Under the pieces are notes generated by a model. That model was not told the origin of the DNA and made no database searches. It saw only the letters and a program-made list of their open reading frames with translations. Below, piece by piece: positions 1-9,256 of a DNA stretch of 64,000 bases. Each line of letters starts with the position of its first letter. Positions within the stretch are counted from its first letter, which is position 1. The position numbers were made by a program, and so were the translations under genes. This stretch comes from an uncultured Gemmatimonadales bacterium. Lineage in GTDB: Bacteria > Gemmatimonadota > Gemmatimonadetes > Longimicrobiales > RSA9. The stretch spans positions 928,001 through 992,000 of the forward strand of contig CAWFKH010000003.1 of the NCBI GenBank assembly GCA_963816355.1. The letters run 5' to 3'.

Positions 1-1200
1 CACCAGGTACGGACCCGTGAACCCGCCGACGTTGCCGACCGAGTTGATCACCGCGATTCCCGCGGCGGCGGCCCCTTCCCGCAAAAATCGCGTCGGCAGG
101 CACCAGAAGGGAGGGAGGAAGGCGGTCCCGCCGATGGCGACCAGCGAGAGTGCCGCGACCCGGGCGATCGCCGTCGGGAGGAGCGCGGCCCCGACGAAGC
201 CGACGGTGCACAACGCCGCGCTCAGGGCGACGTACAGAACGCGCTCGCCGCTGCGGTCCGATGCGGCCGCCACCACGACCATGCCGATGGCTCCGATCGC
301 CGCCAGCGCGCCGACGATGAAACCGGTTGCGAGGTCGGTCGTGTGCATCGTGTCCCGGATGAAGGTCGGCATCCAGAACGTGTAGGCGTAGCCTGTCATG
401 ACGATGAGGAAATAGGGGATCGCAAGCAGCCAGACGAGAGGGTTCGTGAGCGCGTGGAGCGGGTGCACGTTGCCGGCGGTCGGGTGCGCGTCCTGCTCGC
501 GCCGAAGCGCCGCGACCAGCCACGCGCGCTGATCGTCGGTGAGCCAGCGGGCCTGATCAGGCCGGTCGGTCAGCCGGACGAGAGTGGCCAGCCCGAGAAG
601 CACCGCGGGGAGTCCCTCCAGCAGGAACAACCACTGCCAGCCGTGCAGCCCCCAATGTCCATCGAGCCCGAGCAGCCAGCCACTCAGCGGCCCACCCACC
701 ACGGAAGAGACCGGGATGCCGAGCATGAACAGGGACATCGCCCGCCCGCGTTGCGCGCTCGGAAACCAGTGGCCGAGATAGAAGACGATCCCCGGGAAGA
801 AGCCGGCTTCCGATGCGCCCAGCGCGAAGCGGAAGGCGTAGAACTGCGTTGGCGTGCGCACGAGCAGCATGCCGGCGGCGATGACGCCCCACACCACCAG
901 GATCGCGGCGATCCAGCGTCGCGCCCCGATTCGCGTCAGCACCAGATTGGCCGGGACCTGGAAGAGTGTGTAGCCGAGAAAGAAGATGCCGACGCCGAAG
1001 CCGTACGCCGTGGCGCTGAAGCCGAGGTCGCGGTTCATCTGCAGCGCCGCGATGGCGACGTTGGTGCGATCGAGGAAATTGACCAGGTACAGCATGAAGA
1101 CGAACGGGAGCAGCCTTCGACCGGCACGGCGGAGCGTGGCCCGAGCAAGAGCCGCGTCGTGGAGGTCCACGCCAGGCGTGCTGGGCGAACGAGTCGGCAT
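1..1200 (-). CDS. MFS transporter, anion:cation symporter (TtuB/phthalate permease-like); 3' end runs off the window
   Basis: Not in the ORF track (no stop in window). Manual translation from ATG at 1200: ...RRLLPFVFMLYLVNFLDRTNVAIAALQMNRDLGFSATAYGFGVGIFFLGYTLFQVPANLVLTRIGARRWIA, the typical ACS-family N-terminus. Confidence 0.9.
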   Translation of the reverse strand, partial: MPTRSPSTPGVDLHDAALARATLRRAGRRLLPFVFMLYLVNFLDRTNVAIAALQMNRDLGFSATAYGFGVGIFFLGYTLFQVPANLVLTRIGARRWIAAILVVWGVIAAGMLLVRTPTQFYAFRFALGASEAGFFPGIVFYLGHWFPSAQRGRAMSLFMLGIPVSSVVGGPLSGWLLGLDGHWGLHGWQWLFLLEGLPAVLLGLATLVRLTDRPDQARWLTDDQRAWLVAALRREQDAHPTAGNVHPLHALTNPLVWLLAIPYFLIVMTGYAYTFWMPTFIRDTMHTTDLATGFIVGALAAIGAIGMVVVAAASDRSGERVLYVALSAALCTVGFVGAALLPTAIARVAALSLVAIGGTAFLPPFWCLPTRFLREGAAAAGIAVINSVGNVGGFTGPYLV

Positions 1201-1280
1201 GGGGGGCCTCTCGGGGAGGGGACGTCTCGCGCTGCGGGGTCAGGCCAAGATACGCGACATGCCCTATGAGGTCACCCCTG

Positions 1281-2546
1281 TCATTCTTCGTCCCCGAACA
1301 GCTGCACCAGATTCAGGATCGTGCACGTCGACAGCGCGAGCACCCGGGTCGAGATCCATTCCGAGGGTCCGTGGAAGTTCACGCCCCCGGCGAAGACGTT
1401 CGGCGTGGGCATTCCCATCTCGGTGAGGCGTGAGCCGTCCGTGCCGCCGCGGATGGGCTCCATCCTGGGCGCGATCCCGGCGGACCGCACCGCCTGCTCC
1501 AGCTTGCCGGCGACGTCGGGGTAGCGGCTCAACACGTCGTACATGTTCCGGTACTGCTTCGTGATCTCGACCTTCACGTCCAGCGCGGGCTCCTCGGCCA
1601 TGAGGCCGGCGCACATGCGTTCGAGGCGGCGGCCGCGCTCCTCGAGCACGGTGGTGTCGAAGTCACGCAGGATCATGTGCACGCTGCAGGAGGCCGCGTC
1701 GCCGGAAGCGGTCACCGGGTGGTAGAAGCCTTCCCGGCCGTCGGTGGTCTCGGGGGCCTCGCCCATGGGCAGCCGGTCCAGGAGCTTGCCCATCCACGTG
1801 AGCGCGTTGACCATCTTGCCGCGCGCCGTGCCGGGGTGGACGGAGACGCCGGTGAACGTGACCACGGCCTTGTCGGCGGAGAACGTTTCGACGTTGATCT
1901 CCCCCGCGAAGCTGCCGTCGATGGTGAAGGCAATGGGGCAATCGAAGCGCTCCAGAGGGAAGCGGTCGGCACCGCGGCCGATCTCCTCGTCCGGGTTGAA
2001 GCACACGCGCACGGTGGGCCGCCGGACGTCGGGCTGCTGCACCAGGACTTCGAGGGCGCCCATGATGGCGGCGATCCCGGCCTTGTCGTCGGCGCCGAGA
2101 AGCGTGCTCCCGTCGGTGGTGATGATCGTGTCACCGACGCACTCCTTCAGCTCGGGCGTGTCGGCGGGGTCGAGGACGATGCCGTGGCCGACGTCGATCG
2201 TTCCGCCGTCGTAGTCCTCGAACACCTGCGGGCTCACGCCGGCCCCGGTGAACTGCGGCGCCGTGTCCACGTGCGCGCACAGCCCGATGCGGCCGGGGGC
2301 GTTGCCCGGCAGCTCCGCCACCACGTAGCCGTTCTCGTCCATGGCGACGTCGTCTTCGCCGACACCGCGGAGTCCCAGCGCCTTCAGCTCGTCCACCAGC
2401 CGGTTTCCGAGCTCGAGTTGTCTGGCCGTACTCGGGCACGTGTCGCGGGTCTCGTCCGACTGCGTGTCCAGGCGCACGTAGGCCAGAAAGCGCTCCACGA
2501 TGCGCGTCCGGTCCAGGATGATCGAGGGGTCGTCGAAGGCGTGCAT
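1281..2546 (-). CDS. pepT: Peptidase T (tripeptide aminopeptidase, M20B)
   Basis: ERFLAYVRLDTQS, AHVDTA, TLLGADDKAG, PDEEIGRG, PIRGGTDG, NFHGPSEW motifs. Confidence 0.95.
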   Translation of the reverse strand: MHAFDDPSIILDRTRIVERFLAYVRLDTQSDETRDTCPSTARQLELGNRLVDELKALGLRGVGEDDVAMDENGYVVAELPGNAPGRIGLCAHVDTAPQFTGAGVSPQVFEDYDGGTIDVGHGIVLDPADTPELKECVGDTIITTDGSTLLGADDKAGIAAIMGALEVLVQQPDVRRPTVRVCFNPDEEIGRGADRFPLERFDCPIAFTIDGSFAGEINVETFSADKAVVTFTGVSVHPGTARGKMVNALTWMGKLLDRLPMGEAPETTDGREGFYHPVTASGDAASCSVHMILRDFDTTVLEERGRRLERMCAGLMAEEPALDVKVEITKQYRNMYDVLSRYPDVAGKLEQAVRSAGIAPRMEPIRGGTDGSRLTEMGMPTPNVFAGGVNFHGPSEWISTRVLALSTCTILNLVQLFGDEE

Positions 2547-2645
2547 GGCGAACTCCCGGGGAATCAGAGGGTTGGAGAAGGTGGCGCCGCGGACCTCCGC
2601 AGCAGATAATGACGTGCGGATCGCCCACCTTCATTCGAGGAAATC

Positions 2646-4151
2646 ATGACGACAGAGGCGAAGACGCCTTCACGCGCGAAGGGGTTCACGACGCTCTTCC
2701 TCATCGAGCTGTGGGAGAGGTTCGGCTATTACGGCATGACGGCGGTCGTCGTGCTCTTCATGGTGCAGAAGCTCGACTACACCGACGACCGGGCCAGCCT
2801 CACGTTCGGCGCCTTCGCGGCGCTCGCCTACACCGTTCCGGCGGTCGGCGGCTGGATCGGCGACAAGCTGCTGGGGAGCCGCCGCACGATGCTGCTCGGC
2901 GCCATCATCCTGGCGATCGGATACATCGGTCTCGCGGTACCGAACCATCCCGGGCTTCTCTTTCCCGCGCTGGCGCTCGTGGCGGTGGGCGGCGGCGTAT
3001 TCAAGGCGAACCCCGCCAACATGATCTCCAAGCTCTACGAGGGCGACCCCGCCAGGATCGACAGCGCGTTCACGATGTACTACATGGCGGTCAACATCGG
3101 CGCGACCGCGTCGCAGCTGGCGACGCCGCTCATCGCGATCAGGTTCGGCTGGCACGTCGCCTTCGCGGTCAGCGCGGCCGGGCTCGTCGTCGGCATCCTC
3201 AACTACCTGGCGATGAGCCGATACCTCCGCCACGTCGGCTCCGAGCCCGACTTCCACCCGCTCGACGCCAAGCGTTTCATCCTCGTCCTCATCGGCATTG
3301 CCGCCGGCGTGGCTGCCGTGACGTTCATCGTCCAGAACCTCGTCGTCGCACGCGCGAGCGTCGTGGTCGGCTTCCTCACGATGCTCGCGATCTTCTGGAT
3401 CATGATGCAACGCGGGAGCGAGCGCGAGCGCAAGGGGCTGATCGCCGTGTTGATCCTGACGGGGCTGGGCATGCTCTTCTTCATCTTCTACCAGCAGATG
3501 TCGACGTCGCTCACGCTCTTCTCGCTGCGCAACGTCGACCTCGACCTCTTCGGCTATCACGTTCCCGCGGGGCAGGTCCAGGCGCTGAACCCGATCTGGA
3601 TCTTTCTCCTGAGCCCGGGACTCGCCTGGCTCTACACCCGGCTGGGCCGGGGCGAGGGCGGCGACTTCCACATCTCGACGAAGTTCGCGATGGGCTTCGC
3701 TGTGCTGAGCCTGGGCTTCTTCATCTACGGCTTCAGCGGCCGCTTCGCCGACGCGGGCAAGGTCCCGTTCTGGTGCATGGTCACCGGCTACGGATTCCAG
3801 TCGCTGGGCGAGCTGCTCATCAGCGGTCTCGGCCTCGCCGTCGTGGCCCGCTACGTCGGGCCGTCGCTGCGCGGATTCATCATGGGCGTCTGGTTTCTCG
3901 CCACCGGGATCTCGCAGTACCTCGGAAGCTACGTCGCCACCTTCGCGAGCGTGCCGCAGGACGTGACCAACCCCGTGGCCACGCTCCCTCTCTACACCAG
4001 CCTCTTCACGAAGCTGGGCATCGTGGCCGTGATCGGCACCGCCATCGCCGCCGCGCTCATCCCGACCATGAAGAAGCTGTCGGCGGTGAGCGAAGGATCA
4101 TGGGAGGAAAGTGCGGTCGGCGACGCGCTCATCGTGGAGACGACGACCTGA
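2646..4151 (+). CDS. Proton-dependent di/tripeptide transporter (POT/PTR2, DtpA-like)
   Basis: ELWERFGYYG motif, FTMYYMAVNIG, QALNP; many hydrophobic helices; divergent from pepT. Confidence 0.93.
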   Translation: MTTEAKTPSRAKGFTTLFLIELWERFGYYGMTAVVVLFMVQKLDYTDDRASLTFGAFAALAYTVPAVGGWIGDKLLGSRRTMLLGAIILAIGYIGLAVPNHPGLLFPALALVAVGGGVFKANPANMISKLYEGDPARIDSAFTMYYMAVNIGATASQLATPLIAIRFGWHVAFAVSAAGLVVGILNYLAMSRYLRHVGSEPDFHPLDAKRFILVLIGIAAGVAAVTFIVQNLVVARASVVVGFLTMLAIFWIMMQRGSERERKGLIAVLILTGLGMLFFIFYQQMSTSLTLFSLRNVDLDLFGYHVPAGQVQALNPIWIFLLSPGLAWLYTRLGRGEGGDFHISTKFAMGFAVLSLGFFIYGFSGRFADAGKVPFWCMVTGYGFQSLGELLISGLGLAVVARYVGPSLRGFIMGVWFLATGISQYLGSYVATFASVPQDVTNPVATLPLYTSLFTKLGIVAVIGTAIAAALIPTMKKLSAVSEGSWEESAVGDALIVETTT

Positions 4152-4319
4152 AGCCGGCGCAGGTGCGAAGCTCCTCCCATTGGCTCCTTACCGGCCCGGA
4201 CCCCTCGCCTGGACGAGCGTGGGCGCGTCGTCGGCGTCCTCGCTCGAGGTGAGCACGGAGGGTGGGCCGCGCACGAGGCGGAGCTGGCGCGCGGCCGTGA
4301 GTGGCACGATGGAAAGGTC

Positions 4320-5065
4320 CATGGCAGGACCGAGTCGGTTATGAACGCGAGCGCGCCGTACGTGGCGGCGACGGCCATGTAGAACGGCAGCAGGGCGAGG
4401 GTGAAGAAGCTGTGGCTTCCGTGCGCGAGACCGAAGACGACGCCGACGACCAGAATCGCCGCGACCGGCCCGTGGCGGCGCTCGATCGGCCCCTGCATGT
4501 AGCCGCGGAACGCGGTCTCCTCGACGATCCCCGCCACCAGTGCGGCCATGACGAACGAAGCGAGGATCGTCACGCCCGAGGCGCGGCCCAGATTCGGTGC
4601 GGCTTCGTGCGGCAGCACGATGAGTCGCCCGACCAGACGCATCAGGTCGAGCGACGTCGCGATCCCCAGGATCCCGGCGAGGATCGCCATCCCCCATACG
4701 TCGGGCGAGAGCGATCGCGCGCGCATCATCTCGCGCCGCGCCGCGGAGGTCGATGAGGGCCAGCCGCGGCCGGACGCGTACCGCCAGTACAGCCACAGGT
4801 ACGGCGCCATGAGCAGTGCGCCCCACGGCACCGATGGCAGGTGGCGCAGGTTCATGGTGCCGAGCCACGCCCACGGCAGCGTACCGGCGGAGCCGGCGAG
4901 GAGCCCGAGCACGACGGCGCGGATCGCGACGGGGAGACGTCGCCAGAGAGCGAGCACTGCGGACACCTGGTCGCTCGGAGGAGGGGGGAGTTCGACCCCG
5001 GGACGCAGCGAATGTAGTCGCGGGCGCTCCGCCGGCGCCACGATCCCGTTCGAACGTGGCGGCAC
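4320..5065 (-). pseudogene. CPBP/Abi (CAAX protease-like) intramembrane metalloprotease, apparently 3'-truncated
   Basis: EETAFRGY and FGLAH motifs present; family-like sequence stops after ITDSVLP, before the expected final HxxxN/D motif; the ORF then reads through into the convergent POT gene (stop at 3992). Confidence 0.6.
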
Positions 5066-5074
5066 CGAATGGGG

Positions 5075-5638
5075 TCACTGCGGGAGGACGTGTTCCCGCT
5101 CGCCCTGCGGTAGCATCAGGTCTTCGAGGAAGTAGGCCGCGAGCTCGGCGCGGCCGGAGAGGCCCGCCTTCTGGTAGACGGCCGCCGCGTGCTGGCGCGC
5201 CGTGCGTTCGCTGCGGTCCGTCGCCCCGGCCACGCGCTTGTGGCTGTACCCCTTCAGCAGCAGCAGCGCGACCTCGCGTTCCGCGGGGGTCAGGCCCCAC
5301 GCGCGGAACTGCGCGTCCACCGCCTCCCCCAGCCCCTCCAGCGCCCGGCGCGCGCTGTCGCGCCACGCGTCGCGCTCCAGGTTCCGCAGCTCGAGGCGAT
5401 GGAGCAGCGCGTCCGCGCGGTGCGCGCTACGCCACCACCCCAGCCAGAGCGTCACGGCCATGACCGTGGCCGCCGCGACCATCAGGGTCTCGAAGACCAC
5501 GTGGAACGACAGCCAGTTCTGCGGACGGTCGAGCACCAGGTCGACCGTGCCGCCGATCAGGACGGACAGGACGGCCACGATCAGGAGCAGCCGCAGCCGG
5601 CGCTCCTCCTCTTCGTGAGTCTCCAGCGGGTCAGTCAT
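5075..5638 (-). CDS. Membrane-anchored LuxR-type HTH transcriptional regulator
   Basis: Two N-terminal TM helices, coiled region, then WGLTPAEREVALLLLKGYSHKRVA...SERTARQHAAAVYQKAG LuxR HTH. Confidence 0.88.
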   Translation of the reverse strand: MTDPLETHEEEERRLRLLLIVAVLSVLIGGTVDLVLDRPQNWLSFHVVFETLMVAAATVMAVTLWLGWWRSAHRADALLHRLELRNLERDAWRDSARRALEGLGEAVDAQFRAWGLTPAEREVALLLLKGYSHKRVAGATDRSERTARQHAAAVYQKAGLSGRAELAAYFLEDLMLPQGEREHVLPQ

Positions 5639-5706
5639 CCGTCGGATACGCTTCGTGGGATCCGGAGCCAGCCGCGTCGTCTGTCGGATACCGGTTCGAG
5701 GCCGCG

Positions 5707-5753
5707 CGGGCGAACGTCGACATGACTCTCCGGGCGAACGTCCACAGACTCTC
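5707..5753. promoter_or_regulatory. Tandem 24/23-bp direct repeat in the divergent promoter; candidate regulator binding site
   Basis: CGGGCGAACGTCGACATGACTCTC followed by CGGGCGAACGTCCACAGACTCTC, just upstream of an AAGGAG RBS. Confidence 0.5.
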
Positions 5754-5772
5754 GAAGAAGAAGGAGTACCCC

Positions 5773-6357
5773 ATGTCATCCGTTCCGCTCCACCCGATGG
5801 TCGTGCACTTCCCGATGGTGCTGATGATCCTGGTTCCGATTGCCGCGCTGGCCGCGCTCTGGGCGATCCGGCGCGGCGCGACGCCGCGGAAGGCGTGGTC
5901 GATCCCGCTGGCGCTGTGCGCGGCGCTTTCGCTGAGCGCGTTCGTCGCGCTGCGCACGGGTGCGGCGCAGGAGGAGCGCGTCGAGGCGGTGCTCTCCGAG
6001 CAGGTCCTCGCGCAGCACGAGGAGGCGGCCGAGCGGTTCCTGGTCCTCTCCGGCGTGCTGCTGGCCGTCGCGGCCGCGGGTCTCGTCGGCGGCACGATCG
6101 GCACGGCGGCGCGGATCGTGGCGACGATCGGCGCGATCGGCCTGGTCGGCGCGGGCGTCCAGGTGGGCAAGGCCGGTGGCGAGCTCGTCTACGTGCACGG
6201 CGCCGCGAACGCCTACGTGAACCCCGCCGCCGCGGCCTCGGCCGCCGGGATCGAAGGCGCGGCCGAGCGGCGAGGACCGCTGACGTCGCACGCTCGAACG
6301 GCAGACGCGAGAGGACGCGATTGCTCGACGCCGGACAGACGCGTGCCCCGGCCTTGA
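5773..6357 (+). CDS. DUF2231-like membrane protein
   Basis: PLHPMVVHFP N-terminus, TG..QEE, HEE, GGELVYVHG; AAGGAG RBS. Confidence 0.8.
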   Translation: MSSVPLHPMVVHFPMVLMILVPIAALAALWAIRRGATPRKAWSIPLALCAALSLSAFVALRTGAAQEERVEAVLSEQVLAQHEEAAERFLVLSGVLLAVAAAGLVGGTIGTAARIVATIGAIGLVGAGVQVGKAGGELVYVHGAANAYVNPAAAASAAGIEGAAERRGPLTSHARTADARGRDCSTPDRRVPRP

Positions 6358-6444
6358 CCCTCACGCAGCGTGAGCGTGTAGCTTCCCTCTCGTTCGGGCT
6401 GGATCCAGGGGACGGAGACCGCTGAGTAGGAGGGAGCGGAAATC

Positions 6445-7311
6445 ATGGCCGAGCCGGTGACCATCCATCGATCCGAGGACCACGTCCTGCATTCCGAGCA
6501 CGTGGAGGACGACTTCCGTCTGTGGATCGCGCCGCCCGTGGCCGGCTTCCGGCCGTCACAGGAGCCGCCGGTGACGCTGTGGGTGCTGGACGGGGATCTG
6601 TTCTTCGGCGCGGCCGTGGACACCACCCGGCTCATGCACCGGCTGTACGGTGAGCTGCCGCCGATCCTGGTCGTGGGCGTGGCGTACGGCCACGACCGCG
6701 TGGAGATGCATGGTGAGATACGGAATCGGGACCTGACGCCCACGGCGAGCGCGGCCATGGAGGAGATGGGGCGGCGGATGAACCCGGACCGGGAGTCGGC
6801 GCTGCCGGAGGGCCGCCGCATGGGACGGGCACGGGAGTTCCTGCGGTTCCTGGTGGACGAAGCGCGCCCGTACGTGGAGGCGCGGTTCGAGACCGCACCC
6901 GGGCGCTCGGTGCTGTTCGGCTCTTCGCTGGGGGGGCTGTTCGCGGCGTGGTCGGTGCTGGCGGAGCCGGGGAGCTTCGAGCACGTCGTCGCCATCAGCC
7001 CGGCGCTGTGGTGGGACGACGGCGCGGTGCTCGCGCTCGAGGCGCGCACCGCCGCCGAGCGCGAAGACCTGCCGGTGAAGCTGTTCCTGGGTGCCGGCAG
7101 TCTGGAGGAGCCGGCGCACCTGCCGTTCCTGGCGCAGTACCGGCTCATCTCGAATGCCCGGACGCTGGTCGAGCGGCTGCAGAGCCGCGGCTATCCTTCG
7201 CTGGACGTCACCTTCCAGGCGCTGGAAGGCGAGACCCACACGTCGGTGCCGACGGTGGGGCTCACGCGGGGGCTGCGCCGCCTGTTCCGTCCGGCGCCAC
7301 CGGCGCGCTGA
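6445..7311 (+). CDS. Alpha/beta hydrolase, putative esterase (IroE/BesA-like)
   Basis: WVLDGD, RNRDLTP, GSSLGG nucleophile elbow, SPALWW, GETHTSV. Confidence 0.88.
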   Translation: MAEPVTIHRSEDHVLHSEHVEDDFRLWIAPPVAGFRPSQEPPVTLWVLDGDLFFGAAVDTTRLMHRLYGELPPILVVGVAYGHDRVEMHGEIRNRDLTPTASAAMEEMGRRMNPDRESALPEGRRMGRAREFLRFLVDEARPYVEARFETAPGRSVLFGSSLGGLFAAWSVLAEPGSFEHVVAISPALWWDDGAVLALEARTAAEREDLPVKLFLGAGSLEEPAHLPFLAQYRLISNARTLVERLQSRGYPSLDVTFQALEGETHTSVPTVGLTRGLRRLFRPAPPAR

Positions 7312-7509
7312 CGCGGGGGCGGAAGCCGAGCCGAGGACGCTGGAGGCCGCCCGGACGGCCGGGGAACGCCTGAGGAACGTGCGGTCGCGATCCTACTACC
7401 GCAGGCCGGAGCTCCGGCCCTGCTCAGCAGGCAAGCGGCGACTCACGAGGCACTCGACGCGGAGGCCGCGACCCCGTTCGGCTGGCATTCCACTCACGGA
7501 GATGCACCA

Positions 7510-8541
7510 ATGAAACGCTCAGGTGTGACGCATCTGAAGCACTGCGGCGAACGACCGGCCGGCACTCGCTTCGCCGGTTCGCTCCAGGGCCACCACTGCG
7601 ACAGAGGAGACACCAGGCCGCACCCCGTGCGCCGCCGCAATCTGCGCCGCGCCCTCTTCACGGCGCTGGCGGGCGTCTCCCTGGGCGCGTGCGCCGAGGC
7701 CACACCGGTGGAATCGGACGCAGACGTCGCCGGCCCGGCCTTCAGCCGGATGGCGCCGACGTACGACTACCGCACCATCGACGTGCCAGGCTTTTCCGGA
7801 TCCGCGCAGGGGATCAACGCGGCTGGACAGGTCGTCGGCTGGTATTGGACCGAAGATGACCACGAGCATGGCTTCGTGCTGAGCGGCGGCGATCTCCGAA
7901 CAATCGACTACCCGGGTGCGGACTACACGGACGTGCGCGGGATCGGGCCGAACGGGGAGTTGGTCGGCACGTTCGCCAGCTCCTCGGAGGAGATGGCTGC
8001 GTATCATGGCTACCGCACGAATGTAAGCGGCGAATTCGCGCCCGTGCGTGCCGAAGGCTACCTCTACGAGATCCTGCAGCGCATCCTGCCGGACGGCACC
8101 ATCCTGGGATGCGGCCACGATCATAACACTTCGTCCAGCATGTACGGCGTGACGATCACGGCAGCGGGCACCATCGTGGGCACGCCCAGCTTTTCCATGA
8201 ACAACGGCGCCTCGCCGGACGGCCGGCAGGTGGTGGGCTTCTACAACAACTCCGGCCACAACGAGGGCTACACGATCCACAGCGGCGTGGTAACCCCGTT
8301 CATGGTGCCCGGCTCCAGCAGCACGGCGGCCTGGGATGTCAACGCGCGCGGCGACATCGTCGGTGTGGTGGTGAAGGAGGGCGTCCACGGCTTCATCCGT
8401 ACCGATGCGGGCTACGAGCTGCTCGACTACCCAGGGGCAGCCCAGACGCGCGTTTTCGGCGTGAACGCGCGCGGCGACGTGGTCGGCGCGTACATCCTGG
8501 GCGGCGAGTCGTACGCGTTCGTGGGCACGCGCATCAGGTAG
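7510..8541 (+). CDS. Extracellular HAF-repeat-like beta-rich lipoprotein (true start may be later, e.g. GTG at 7627)
   Basis: Lipobox SLGAC; repeats of AQGINAAGQVVG / AWDVNARGDIVG / VFGVNARGDVVG with HGF and IDYPGA. Confidence 0.75.
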   Translation: MKRSGVTHLKHCGERPAGTRFAGSLQGHHCDRGDTRPHPVRRRNLRRALFTALAGVSLGACAEATPVESDADVAGPAFSRMAPTYDYRTIDVPGFSGSAQGINAAGQVVGWYWTEDDHEHGFVLSGGDLRTIDYPGADYTDVRGIGPNGELVGTFASSSEEMAAYHGYRTNVSGEFAPVRAEGYLYEILQRILPDGTILGCGHDHNTSSSMYGVTITAAGTIVGTPSFSMNNGASPDGRQVVGFYNNSGHNEGYTIHSGVVTPFMVPGSSSTAAWDVNARGDIVGVVVKEGVHGFIRTDAGYELLDYPGAAQTRVFGVNARGDVVGAYILGGESYAFVGTRIR

Positions 8542-8652
8542 CAGGCAGCGCTCACAGGCTGCTTTCGCGATCGCCCATGTCCGGGTCCGGGTCCGCAGTG
8601 CGCGGGCCCGGACCCGCTCGATCCGCGGCTCCGGGGGTGAGCGAACTCTCTC

Positions 8653-9147
8653 TCAGTGCGCGCGAAGCTCGAGTATGCACCACCCGCACCGGCCGACGCC
8701 GATGTCGATCGCACCCGAAGCGGCGCTGTCCACCGCTGTGGCTTCGAGGGCCGCCACGAGATCGGCAAGGGGCAGATAGCCGCCGTCTTGGGATCCGATC
8801 ACTCGGGATGAGATCAGGACGGCTCTGCGCACCCGCAGCCGGCAGCGGCCGCATCCGCCCGTGCGAACAGCGAACAGTCGAGCTCCCCGCACGCGGAGCC
8901 GTGTCGCTTCGTCACCGTCAACGGCGCTCTCGAGGTCCGCAACCGCGATCAGCAGGACACCAGGTCTGCCCAGAGACAGACCGTCGACGGCCCTTGCGAC
9001 GGCCACGTCGCCGATGCGAACCGTACGGCCCGCCGAAGCGGCCGGCGCCGTGCCTTCCGGCGCCCTCCGGTGAGCGTGCGGATCGCGACAGCCGGCAAAC
9101 GCCGTCGTGACCACGAGCGAGAAGCGGAGTCCGATGCGAATCCTCAC
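8653..9147 (-). CDS. Hypothetical lipoprotein with two CxxC motifs (164 aa)
   Basis: GGAGGG RBS then GTG at 9147; MRIRIGLRFSLVVTTAFAGC lipobox; internal repeat LIAVADLESAVDG / YLPLADLVAALEA, followed by CGRC and CGWC. Confidence 0.55.
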   Translation of the reverse strand: MRIRIGLRFSLVVTTAFAGCRDPHAHRRAPEGTAPAASAGRTVRIGDVAVARAVDGLSLGRPGVLLIAVADLESAVDGDEATRLRVRGARLFAVRTGGCGRCRLRVRRAVLISSRVIGSQDGGYLPLADLVAALEATAVDSAASGAIDIGVGRCGWCILELRAH

Positions 9148-9256
9148 GATGCCCTCCGGGTGGGCGCGTGAGTACGATGCGGGGCGTACGTTTCTCTGAC
9201 GTTCCTTCGGAGTTCCCGCAGGTTCCAGGGGAGATGGAGCTGGAAGTGACAGCCGA

